From assembly GCA_963663545.1 (NCBI GenBank), contig OY760505.1:1440001-1504000 (forward strand): DNA of 64,000 bases. The letters run 5' to 3'. Below are positions 23,408-32,024 of the stretch, piece by piece. Every line of letters starts with the position of its first letter. Positions within the stretch are counted from its first letter, which is position 1. The position numbers were made by a program, and so were the translations under genes. Below the pieces are notes generated by a model. That model saw only the letters and a program-made list of their open reading frames with translations. It was not told where the DNA came from and did no database searches. The DNA comes from Candidatus Delongbacteria bacterium (lineage in GTDB: Bacteria; CAIWAD01).

Positions 23408-23436
23408 AAAATAGAGCAGTGGAGCTGCAAATGCAA
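23408..23436 (-). promoter_or_regulatory. Putative housekeeping promoter of tRNA-Leu-tig-clpPX
   Basis: Minus strand TTGCAT-N17-TATTTT, 16 nt before the tRNA. Confidence 0.5.
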
Positions 23437-23528
23437 GTTGTTGGCCAGGGAGAGCGATGGAGTAAGTACACAAATTCAGCGACTACCGGATCGCATCGTC
23501 AGGGTAAATGCCAAGCGTCACCAGGCGA

Positions 23529-23572
23529 GGTGCCAGACACGGGTCAGACAGGTGCCAGACGGGGGTCAGACA
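23529..23572. repeat. Two tandem 22-bp units (20/22 identical), REP-like
   Basis: ggtgccagacacgggtcagaca / ggtgccagacgggggtcagaca. Confidence 0.7.
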
Positions 23573-23574
23573 CT

Positions 23575-23922
23575 TCAGGCCCGACCTGTATGATTCACAA
23601 TACGGTTCCGCAGCTCGGCTAGTTGTTCCGGCGAAGGGCGACAGCCTTGCTCGCGGTGCAAGCGCAGCATTTCCTCCACACCGAAACTCAAGCGCTCAAT
23701 CTCCCTGCGCGCCTGCGCACCACTCCGGCTTTGCGAAGCTGAAAGGGAAGTTGGGCAATGGGCGCCAAGTAGATCCCCAAGCGCTCCCAGCAGCTGGTGA
23801 ATCTTCAGCGCGGTCTGCCTTTGCTCGATGGCTTGCCTTAGTCGATCAAGAACGCCGAGCAGCGCATCCTGCTCGGCGTGGCTGAACTCGCTGTTACCCT
23901 CGGTAGTGCGCTGGCCTTGCAT
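23575..23922 (-). CDS. Hypothetical helical protein, possibly a degenerate hemerythrin-like bundle
   Basis: ATG 23922 with AGGAG RBS; helical pattern loosely parallels the adjacent hemerythrin but most metal ligands are absent. Confidence 0.55.
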   Translation of the reverse strand: MQGQRTTEGNSEFSHAEQDALLGVLDRLRQAIEQRQTALKIHQLLGALGDLLGAHCPTSLSASQSRSGAQARREIERLSFGVEEMLRLHREQGCRPSPEQLAELRNRIVNHTGRA

Positions 23923-23996
23923 GAGTCTCTCCTTTGTGTCGATTCCGGAGTAGCTCTTTCGGCCAAACGCATGCCGAGTTTCACTCGTGCAGAAAG

Positions 23997-24401
23997 CTAT
24001 TTCGCAACTTTGCTCACCCAGGGCACGTACTTGGGATCCGTCTCCAGAATGTGGCTCTTCAGCCAATCGCGCAGCCAGTTCATCAGCTCCACATTCAAAG
24101 CCAGCTTGCCTGCGGCGTGCTGCGACTTGTAGTCATTCAGCTTCTTCACGAAGCCTTCGTGCTTGGCCAGATGAGGCGGGAACTCAGGATAGCCACCCTT
24201 GCGCATCAGCTCCTCTTCTTGGCGAAAATGGGTCTGGGTGTAGTCCACAAGCTCGGTCAGTACTTTCGCTGTCACCTGCGGACCCTGCCCGCTCTTCATG
24301 GCAGAAAACAATTGATCAATCAGCTCCACAAGGCGCTTGTGCTGGTTATCAATGATGCTTACGCCCAGAGCGTATTCAGGCTTCCATGCAAAAAAACTCA
24401 T
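23997..24401 (-). CDS. Bacteriohemerythrin
   Basis: WKPEYALGVSIIDNQHKRL, HFRQEE, HLAKH and HILETD ligand motifs; GGAGG RBS. Confidence 0.93.
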   Translation of the reverse strand: MSFFAWKPEYALGVSIIDNQHKRLVELIDQLFSAMKSGQGPQVTAKVLTELVDYTQTHFRQEEELMRKGGYPEFPPHLAKHEGFVKKLNDYKSQHAAGKLALNVELMNWLRDWLKSHILETDPKYVPWVSKVAK

Positions 24402-24490
24402 CGCTCCTCCCGAAATGGCTATCGAGCCCGCCACCGCGCACTCACAAATTGCTTTTCGGTAATACCGTTGTGTTTCTTTTGCAAGATAGG

Positions 24491-25390
24491 CTAAATGCCT
24501 GAAGGCCAACCTGTTTGCTGAGCATCGCGCACGCGCTGTAATTCGCGGATCAAGAGGTCAAGATCCTCGTCGCGCACCAGCGGACTGTAGACGCGCTCCC
24601 GGCGCACGGCGTCCTCATCGAGCTCGGCCAACAACAATCCAGCTTCGGGCTCCGCGAGCAATGCAGCCGGACGACCGTCAGGCCCCCACAGAGAACTTCC
24701 GCCCCAGAAGCCGATGCCGTCGTCAAAACCGACGCGATTGCAAAACAGCACCGGCAAAGATTGAGCCTTTGCATGAAAGGCCAGCAGTGTATACCAGATG
24801 CGCGAATTCTCACCCAGTGGAGCGTCACCGGTAGCCGCTGTATCACCGGAGCTGCCCGGTGATACAAATCCGCGAATCGGACTGGCGGCTGGCGCTAGCA
24901 ACAGACGAGCTCCGTCGTGGGCGAGAACCAGCGGTCCTCCCGCGTGCCACCAGTCGTTGCAGATTAGCATGCCCGTACGCCCCAGGCCGGTATCGAAGGC
25001 GCGCATCGCCTTGCCAGCCGCAAAAAAGCGACGTTCCTCGAACAGGCCGTAGGTGGGCAAAAACACCTTGCGGTGCACGTGCAGAAGCTTGCCGCCACTC
25101 AGGTAGAGCTGACTGTTGTAAAATAGACCCAGATCGGTGCGCTCCACCATGCCGAAGCAGATGTCGATCTCAACACTGGCCCGGTAAAGCGGTGCCAGAA
25201 AGGGATCCTCCAGCGCCATCGCCAGCTCGAAAACGAGATCGCGCAGCGCGTAGCCGGTCAGCGAGAGTTCGGGAAAGAGCACCAGACTTGCGCCTTGTGC
25301 GCGCGCCGCCTCGATTTGTGCAAGATGCACTTGAAGATTATAATCCAGGTCGCCGAGGCGCGGATTGGTTTGAGCGGCAGCAAGGCGCAT
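24491..25390 (-). CDS. Carbon-nitrogen hydrolase (nitrilase superfamily)
   Basis: FPELSLTGY, HRKVFLPTYGLFEE and LICND (E-K-C triad), CNRVG. Confidence 0.9.
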   Translation of the reverse strand: MRLAAAQTNPRLGDLDYNLQVHLAQIEAARAQGASLVLFPELSLTGYALRDLVFELAMALEDPFLAPLYRASVEIDICFGMVERTDLGLFYNSQLYLSGGKLLHVHRKVFLPTYGLFEERRFFAAGKAMRAFDTGLGRTGMLICNDWWHAGGPLVLAHDGARLLLAPAASPIRGFVSPGSSGDTAATGDAPLGENSRIWYTLLAFHAKAQSLPVLFCNRVGFDDGIGFWGGSSLWGPDGRPAALLAEPEAGLLLAELDEDAVRRERVYSPLVRDEDLDLLIRELQRVRDAQQTGWPSGI

Positions 25391-25401
25391 GAGTCGACTC
25401 G

Positions 25402-26766
25402 TTAATTCTTCATGGACATGGTCGGGGCAGGAATGCGTCCACCACGCATGATAAAGGTGTGCGAGCTCTGGGTTCGCACCGGCATAATGGGCGCCTTGCC
25501 CAGCAGTCCGCCATAGTCGACGCTTTCGCCGACTTTGTAGCCGACGGCAGGAATGATACGCACGGCGGTCGTCTTCTGGTTGATCATACCCAGCGCAGCC
25601 TCGTCAGCGATGATGCCAGAAATGGTCGTCGCCGGTGTATCACCGGGAACGGCGATCATATCCAGGCCGACGGAACACACGGTGGTCATGGCCTCCAGCT
25701 TCTCGATGGACAGCACACCGGCCTCGACCGCACGAATCATGTCGGCATCCTCAGATACCGGAATGAATGCGCCGGAAAGGCCGCCGATGTAACTGGAACC
25801 CATCATGCCGCCCTTGCGCACAGCGTCGTTCAGGAGCGCCAACGCAGCGGTTGTGCCATGGGCACCTACATCCTCAAGGCCCATTTCCATCAGGATGCCG
25901 CCCACACTGTCTCCCTCAACCGGAGTAGGCGCAAGGGAAATATCGACGACACCAAAAGGCACATCTTCCAGCATCGCCACCTGACGGCCCACCAGCTCAC
26001 CCGCGCGCGTGATCTTGAAGGCCATGCGCTTGATGGCTTCGGCCAGCTCGCCGAAATCGGCCCTGGGGCCCACTTCCTTGACTGCGTTGAGCACTACACC
26101 GGGACCACTGATGCCGACGTTGAGCACAACATCGCCCTCGGTGATGCCGTGATACGCACCCGCGATGAAGGGATTATCCTCGACACTGTTGCAGAACACG
26201 ACAAGCTTGGCGCAGCCGATGGAAAGCCTGTCTGCGGTCAGCTCCGCCGTCCGCTTGATCACATCGCCCATCAGGCGCACAGCGTTCATGTTGATGCCAG
26301 CGCGCGAGGTCCCGATGTTAACACTGGAGCACACATGCTTCGTGGTTGCTAGCGCTTCGGGAATGGACATGATCAGATTCTGCTCACCAGGCGTCATGCC
26401 TTTGGCCACCAGTGCGCTGTAGCCCGCCAGGTAATCGATACCACACTCCTCGGCGGCACGATCCAGCGTCTTGGCCAGCTCGATGAACTGGTCGACGCTC
26501 ATTTGCTCACCGGGAATGGAAATGGGCGTAATGGAGACACGCTTGTTCGCGATGGTCAGGCCGTAGCGTTCCTCGATTTCGCGGGCGACCTTGACGTGAC
26601 GTGTTGCCAGACGTGTGATCTTGTCGTAAATGCGCGTCTTCATCACCTCAACCGAATCGGAGGCGCAGTCGCGCAGCGAAATGCCCAAGGTTACCGTGCG
26701 TATATCAAAGTGCTCCAGCTCGGTCATCTGCACCGTCTGGAGGATCTCTTCGTGGGACCAACTCAT
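25402..26766 (-). CDS. UPF0210 / PFL-family protein (DUF711)
   Basis: [63 protein letters not shown]. Confidence 0.9.
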   Translation of the reverse strand: MSWSHEEILQTVQMTELEHFDIRTVTLGISLRDCASDSVEVMKTRIYDKITRLATRHVKVAREIEERYGLTIANKRVSITPISIPGEQMSVDQFIELAKTLDRAAEECGIDYLAGYSALVAKGMTPGEQNLIMSIPEALATTKHVCSSVNIGTSRAGINMNAVRLMGDVIKRTAELTADRLSIGCAKLVVFCNSVEDNPFIAGAYHGITEGDVVLNVGISGPGVVLNAVKEVGPRADFGELAEAIKRMAFKITRAGELVGRQVAMLEDVPFGVVDISLAPTPVEGDSVGGILMEMGLEDVGAHGTTAALALLNDAVRKGGMMGSSYIGGLSGAFIPVSEDADMIRAVEAGVLSIEKLEAMTTVCSVGLDMIAVPGDTPATTISGIIADEAALGMINQKTTAVRIIPAVGYKVGESVDYGGLLGKAPIMPVRTQSSHTFIMRGGRIPAPTMSMKN

Positions 26767-26802
26767 GAATTGCCTCTTCTCACAGCAAAGGAATGGCGAC
26801 GA

Positions 26803-27252
26803 TTACACACGATGCATGGCGGTGAACACATCCTCGTGCTGAGCGAGAATGCGGGAGCCCGTAGCATTACCAACATCGCTTAAGGCCTGCTTCAGGGAAG
26901 CGAAGCTGCTGGTCAGATTGGAAATATCCACGATCAGAATCATGGTGAACCAGTCCTGCAGAATGCGCTGGCTGATGTCGACTACGTTGCCATTGAAATC
27001 CGCCAGACAACGACTGACCGCCGCCAGAATTCCAGCCTTGTTCTTGCCGTAAACCGTGACGATAACCTGCGTTCCGCCAGTCGCGGGTGCGAGGTGCGAG
27101 GTCATGCTGCCCTGCAGATGCGGCACTTCCTGTGCCATGCGCTCGAGCGCTTCCTGCACAACACGGCGCACATTGTCGGGCGTGGCCAGATGACCCAGTT
27201 CTTCAATCGCCTTGCGGGTCAGCTCACGAATGGTGGCTTCGCTGATCGCCAT
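26803..27252 (-). CDS. ACT-domain protein (UPF0237-like) with N-terminal helical extension
   Basis: VIVTVYGKNKAGILA, NVVDISQ and QHEDVFTAMHRV; about 60 extra N-terminal residues. Confidence 0.85.
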   Translation of the reverse strand: MAISEATIRELTRKAIEELGHLATPDNVRRVVQEALERMAQEVPHLQGSMTSHLAPATGGTQVIVTVYGKNKAGILAAVSRCLADFNGNVVDISQRILQDWFTMILIVDISNLTSSFASLKQALSDVGNATGSRILAQHEDVFTAMHRV

Positions 27253-27255
27253 CGT

Positions 27256-27612
27256 TTATTTCTCCTGCTTGTCGCCTTGGTCCGTGTCCGGTTTGCCAAT
27301 GCTGTAGTCGCCTTTGACGGGAGGCATTTTGCTCTTCAGCAGCGGTGAAGCCTCCAGCTCGTCCACAATGCCGATAACGGCGGCTTCTACCGAAACATCG
27401 GGATTGTTGCCCAGGGCCATTCTTGCAGCATGACCATAGGCGCAGATCACCATTTCGCCTTCACCGGCGCCTATCACGTCGGCACACACAACGAGGTCCT
27501 CGTTCGTTGCATAGTTCAGCCCCACTGGATGCACCAGCAGGAAACGCAGCGAACGCACGTTTTCCACTTTTCGCGTGGACCAGACCTTTCCGACTACTTT
27601 GCCTAAAAACAT
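27256..27612 (-). CDS. EutN/CcmL family bacterial microcompartment vertex (BMC-P) protein
   Basis: MFLGKVVGKVWSTRK, CADVIGAGEGEMV, AAVIGIVD. Confidence 0.92.
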   Translation of the reverse strand: MFLGKVVGKVWSTRKVENVRSLRFLLVHPVGLNYATNEDLVVCADVIGAGEGEMVICAYGHAARMALGNNPDVSVEAAVIGIVDELEASPLLKSKMPPVKGDYSIGKPDTDQGDKQEK

Positions 27613-27811
27613 GAAGCAGCGGCTCCCGATTGATCCTGTTGCTCCGATGTTGGAGCGTGACCCGACAATATACCAGTTGCGCGCTGAGATGGAGGGCGGC
27701 GACGGGGCTACCGATGGCGTCGGTGTTGATACAGTTTATTTCTGCATCCCATTTAACCGGATCGCGGGCTTTGCCGATAGAGCGTCATCGGACTGATCTT
27801 GATGAGGAAAC

Positions 27812-28585
27812 ATGAACGGAGCGAGCTGCGATATTCTGACGATTAACAGCCCTGGCATGGCGGTGCGTTTGCACCCCGGCTTCAAGCGGGCTGACAATCA
27901 GGATTGGATAGAATGGCGGTCCGATGAAAACCGCCTTGTCTGTGTAGTATGTGATGGCGTCGGCGGCCTGCGCTACGGCGACAGAGCCAGCAAGGAAGCG
28001 GCCCGCAGCTTCGTGGATCACCTGATCCCCCAGGAAGGTGGTCACAGTTGCTGGAACCAGGCGGGAATTCCTGACCTGGATACGGCAGGACTTGCTGTAA
28101 GACGCTCGATAGCCCGATTGCAGGCAAACCTTTCTGAGCAGCGCCTGGGTACGACACTAACCGGTCTTTGTCTCACCCGACAGCAGTTTTGGGTACTGCA
28201 CATCGGTGATACACGCGCGTATCTTTGGCGCAGGGGCAAATTGCACCAGCTAAGCCAGGATCACACAGTGGCCGCCGAGTCCCGTCTCACGCCGGTCTGT
28301 CTGGATCAGCAACAGCACAACAACGTGCTCACGCGTAGTCTGGGAAATCCATCACGCGAGACCTTTGATGTTATTCACCAGTCAATCGAAGAAGGGGACC
28401 GCTTGGTTCTCTGTTCCGATGGTCTGGAATCAGCAAGTATCACACGCGAGGAACTCACATCCTTCTGCAACAGTGAACCCAGCGCAATTGGTTTGGCCGA
28501 TGAGCTACTCTGCCGCGCGCTGGTCGGTGGCGCTCCAGACAACATCTCCATTGTCGTGATTCATCCGTGGGAGGTGTTTGCATGA
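27812..28585 (+). CDS. PP2C-family Ser/Thr protein phosphatase
   Basis: NQD, VCDGVGG, GTT, HIGDTRAY, QDH, LTRSLG, LCSDGL, GAPDNIS. Confidence 0.92.
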   Translation: MNGASCDILTINSPGMAVRLHPGFKRADNQDWIEWRSDENRLVCVVCDGVGGLRYGDRASKEAARSFVDHLIPQEGGHSCWNQAGIPDLDTAGLAVRRSIARLQANLSEQRLGTTLTGLCLTRQQFWVLHIGDTRAYLWRRGKLHQLSQDHTVAAESRLTPVCLDQQQHNNVLTRSLGNPSRETFDVIHQSIEEGDRLVLCSDGLESASITREELTSFCNSEPSAIGLADELLCRALVGGAPDNISIVVIHPWEVFA

Positions 28586-31500
28586 GTTCATTCCGTGATA
28601 CACTTGGACGCTACACTGACCGGCAGCCTCTTGGTGAAGGCGGCACCGCCATTGTTGAGCAGGCGATTGACAACTGGAGTGGTCGCGCCGTAGTGCTGAA
28701 GACCGCTCGCCAAGCTGGCTTCGATCAAGAGTTTCGCAATGAAGCCCTGCTGCTGGGCGGTCTTGTCTCGGGGGTCTTCCCGCGCTTGCTGGAGTATCAC
28801 CCGGGCAACAATGCCGACGCCGCTACACTGGTCATCGAGCGTCGGCCAGGCGAGCCAGTTCGACTTGCACACTTGCTGGATCCAAGTGAGTTACCATGGA
28901 TCGCTGTGCAATTGCTGCAAGGCCTCGCTGAGCTGGGGCGCGCTGGTTGTGTACATGGAGATATCAGCCCGGAGAATGTCCTACTGAGCGGCAGCCGTGC
29001 CAGCCTGATCGATCTCGGGTTTGCCAGAAAGCACGATGAAAAGCTGGCAACGCGAAGTGGCACACCGGGATCGATTCCTCCTGAAGTCTTGGCCGAGAAA
29101 GTCTTGCATCCGGCTTCGGACATCTTCGGTCTTGGTGTTGTGTTGTATCACCTCCTCTGCGGTCACGCCCCCTTTTCGGATGATCCGCAGGAGGCCGTGC
29201 GTGATACACTTGCCGGCAACATTCGCACGCCGGAGCATGGAAGCGATTCGCCCTTCTTTTCAATCATCTACCGCTGCCTGGAACGCGACCCGGACAAGCG
29301 CCCACTGCCCAAAGATCTGCTACAGGAACTCATCACTCAAGTGCAGAGCGAGCACCTGGCACTACTCGTTCCGGATGTTCCCATCGAAGCTGATCTCTTG
29401 CCCGTTCAGCAAGAGATCGCCACCGCAATTAAAAGCGGACAGAGCCTACTGATTAACGGTCCAGACGGTGCGGGCAAGCGCTACGCCCTTCAGTATACAC
29501 TGCGCACTATGGAGCTCGATGGTCGAAGGATGCTACATCTGCCGTTACCGGCCGGAAGTATTGCGCCCTTCTTGTGGGCCCGATTCGGTCATCATCCTGC
29601 CATTTCAAAGTACCCGGAACTTCACGATCAGCTGCAGCGCCGTGATTCAACCACAGAATCGCTGGTGAAGAAGGGGCTGCTCAAGCAACTCTTTGCTTTC
29701 CTCGACGAGTTAAGCTCGAACTCCTGCACCGGTATTGTGCTGGACTTCAATAGAAACACCGAGTCCTGTGAAGCGCTGATCAAGGCCTCCGCGCAGCTTT
29801 CACGAGTACAAAGCCGGCAACTCGTTGTCATCATGGATGGTCAAGTCTGTGATACAGCCAAGCGCCTGCTGAAAATCGTTACGATGCCCATGCCATCGCG
29901 TGAGCGTTTCAGGGCACTGCTTGCTATGCCTGCGCCGGGCCTGAGTCTTTCCGAGGATTTGCTTAGCACACTGGATCAGCTGTGTGACAGCCACGCAGGA
30001 CGCGCACTGGACACCTTGCGGCGAAATCTGGGCCAAGGGCGATTGCGTCTGGTAGGAACCCGCTGGACCGTGCAAGGCCAAGGCTTGATTGCCGCCAGTG
30101 ACTGGACGCTGAACGACCTGCTCGTGTTACAAGATCCTGAGCGACGCTTGTTGAGCGAATGCGCCATCTGGCAACCAATGGCATCACAGTTCCTTTGGCA
30201 GAAGTGGCTCCAGACCGAGCACGACCCACGAACGCTTGATCATCTACAAGCAAGAGGTTTGTTGCGTGATCGCGGCGATGGCGTTCCCGAACCCATCAGC
30301 GCTGTGCGACAGCTACTGGCGGAAATGCCCAATGGTCCTGCGCACGAGCGGCTACTACTTTGGCTGGAACAGCACCCAGACGTATCACGCGACCTGATTC
30401 TTGTACACCTTGCCGGCGCAGGTATTCGACGCGCAGGAAAGCAAAGAACCCTGCAGATCCTGACAAAGGACGCCGAACTAGTTCGTCCGGATCTTACCCT
30501 GGATTTACTGAACGATCTGGTAGATCTGGTGGACGGCAAAGATAGAATCGCTTGCCTGCAGCGGCTCTTTGATGCACAGTTTGAGCTAGGCGACCTGGAG
30601 GCTTCGCGTGACACATTGCGTCGAATCCTCTGCTTGAATGGGTTCGGTGAGGTAAAGGATCGGGCGTCCGCGCTATCCAAGCTCGCGCACCTCTATCGTC
30701 GCATCAAGAAGCCAAAACTGGCCTGCCGTGTATTACGCGATGCGAGTCGTTTCACTGAAGGCATGGACAAGGTGAGCATTCTCGCACAGCTCGCAGATTC
30801 CGAGTTGGAAGCAGGCTGGGTTGATCGTGCGCGTACGCGATATCGTGATACACTTGCTTTGTATCACGAGCAGGAAGAGAGAACTGGCGACAAGCGAGAC
30901 AAAAACGACTTGTACGTCGTCAACACACTGGCAGGAATTGCGTTCCGTTTTGGTGCTTACGATGAAGCAGCACAGCTGTGGGAGCTGCAGCTGCGCCGCC
31001 ACGAGGATCGCATCTCAGGCCGCCATCGTGTCTGGTTGCTAAACAATCTGGGCATCGTCCGTCTGCAAGAGGGGCGCCTTGATCGAGCTCGGGAATTGCT
31101 GGAGCAGGCCAGTCGCAGCGCCGAAGACCTTCACCTGGAAAACAGCCAGCTGATGGCTCGTGTGAACCTGGCCACAACCTACACGCGTCGGGGTGAATCC
31201 GACCGCGCCATTCGTGAGCTGGATCAAAGCCTGGTGCTCGCGCAACAGCTCGGGCACAGCAATTACGAAATGGTGATTCTGCACAACCGCGGTGAAGCCC
31301 TGATGAATCTGGGACTTATACGCGATGCGCTGCAGGATTGGAATTGTGAGCTTGATCTTGCGGATCAGATCCGCCAGCCGAGCGAAAAGCTGGACCCTCT
31401 GCGTGAGCAATTGATGCTCTACACGGATCTTGATCTGGAAGTAGACCCGAACATAGAGCTGACATTGCGACAGCTGAGCGAGGATATCGGCGACTACCAT

Positions 31501-32016
31501 GCTCTTGTCGAGTGGATGATTGCGGCTTCCTGGCGCAAACCAACACAGGAAGCGATAGAAGACCTGGAGCTCGCTGAGAGTTTACTGGATCCACAGGATC
31601 TGCAAGAGACTCATCGACTAATCAAGAGCCTTCGCTCCTACCGCCTTCAGCAGACGCGCTCTTCGGAACTGCGCACTCGACTGCTTCGCCTGCCGGCGGG
31701 TGCGGAGCGTCTGCGCCACGCCCTGTACTTCGCAAGTTCCATGCAAGACCGTCAGCGGCTTGTCTGGCTTGAACAGGTGACACGCGATCAGCATCCCGGT
31801 GTGATACATAGAGTCTGGATCGACTTTTTGACTGGGGCAGCCCACTACGAGCGCGGCGAGTATATACCTGCGGGTCGCTTTCTGGGACGCGGGGTAAATG
31901 CACTGCGTGGGTTAATCAGTCACATGCCGGTAGACCTGGCAGAACGGCTTACCGAATCGGAACGATTGTTGAAAGCACTCGCGCAGGCCGAAGACTGCAT
32001 GAAGCGGATATCGTAA
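28582..32016 (+). CDS. Ser/Thr protein kinase - P-loop ATPase-like - TPR multidomain protein
   Basis: LGEGG, VVLK, HGDISPENVLL, IDLGFA, GTPGSIPPE, SDIFGLG; Walker A-like GPDGAGKR; TPR-like LNNLG/VNLA/LHNRG repeats; ATGA overlap with the phosphatase. Confidence 0.85.
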   Translation: MSSFRDTLGRYTDRQPLGEGGTAIVEQAIDNWSGRAVVLKTARQAGFDQEFRNEALLLGGLVSGVFPRLLEYHPGNNADAATLVIERRPGEPVRLAHLLDPSELPWIAVQLLQGLAELGRAGCVHGDISPENVLLSGSRASLIDLGFARKHDEKLATRSGTPGSIPPEVLAEKVLHPASDIFGLGVVLYHLLCGHAPFSDDPQEAVRDTLAGNIRTPEHGSDSPFFSIIYRCLERDPDKRPLPKDLLQELITQVQSEHLALLVPDVPIEADLLPVQQEIATAIKSGQSLLINGPDGAGKRYALQYTLRTMELDGRRMLHLPLPAGSIAPFLWARFGHHPAISKYPELHDQLQRRDSTTESLVKKGLLKQLFAFLDELSSNSCTGIVLDFNRNTESCEALIKASAQLSRVQSRQLVVIMDGQVCDTAKRLLKIVTMPMPSRERFRALLAMPAPGLSLSEDLLSTLDQLCDSHAGRALDTLRRNLGQGRLRLVGTRWTVQGQGLIAASDWTLNDLLVLQDPERRLLSECAIWQPMASQFLWQKWLQTEHDPRTLDHLQARGLLRDRGDGVPEPISAVRQLLAEMPNGPAHERLLLWLEQHPDVSRDLILVHLAGAGIRRAGKQRTLQILTKDAELVRPDLTLDLLNDLVDLVDGKDRIACLQRLFDAQFELGDLEASRDTLRRILCLNGFGEVKDRASALSKLAHLYRRIKKPKLACRVLRDASRFTEGMDKVSILAQLADSELEAGWVDRARTRYRDTLALYHEQEERTGDKRDKNDLYVVNTLAGIAFRFGAYDEAAQLWELQLRRHEDRISGRHRVWLLNNLGIVRLQEGRLDRARELLEQASRSAEDLHLENSQLMARVNLATTYTRRGESDRAIRELDQSLVLAQQLGHSNYEMVILHNRGEALMNLGLIRDALQDWNCELDLADQIRQPSEKLDPLREQLMLYTDLDLEVDPNIELTLRQLSEDIGDYHALVEWMIAASWRKPTQEAIEDLELAESLLDPQDLQETHRLIKSLRSYRLQQTRSSELRTRLLRLPAGAERLRHALYFASSMQDRQRLVWLEQVTRDQHPGVIHRVWIDFLTGAAHYERGEYIPAGRFLGRGVNALRGLISHMPVDLAERLTESERLLKALAQAEDCMKRIS

Positions 32017-32024
32017 AGGATTGT

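Noticed and set aside
23432..23447. TGGCCAACAACTTGCA sigma-54-like site upstream of tRNA-Leu
   Set aside because: It overlaps a better-positioned TTGCAT-N17-TATTTT promoter and its -24 box is imperfect
23309..27612. Possible island integrated at tRNA-Leu
   Set aside because: No integrase, no duplicated tRNA 3' end, and these genes lie on the 5' side of the tRNA
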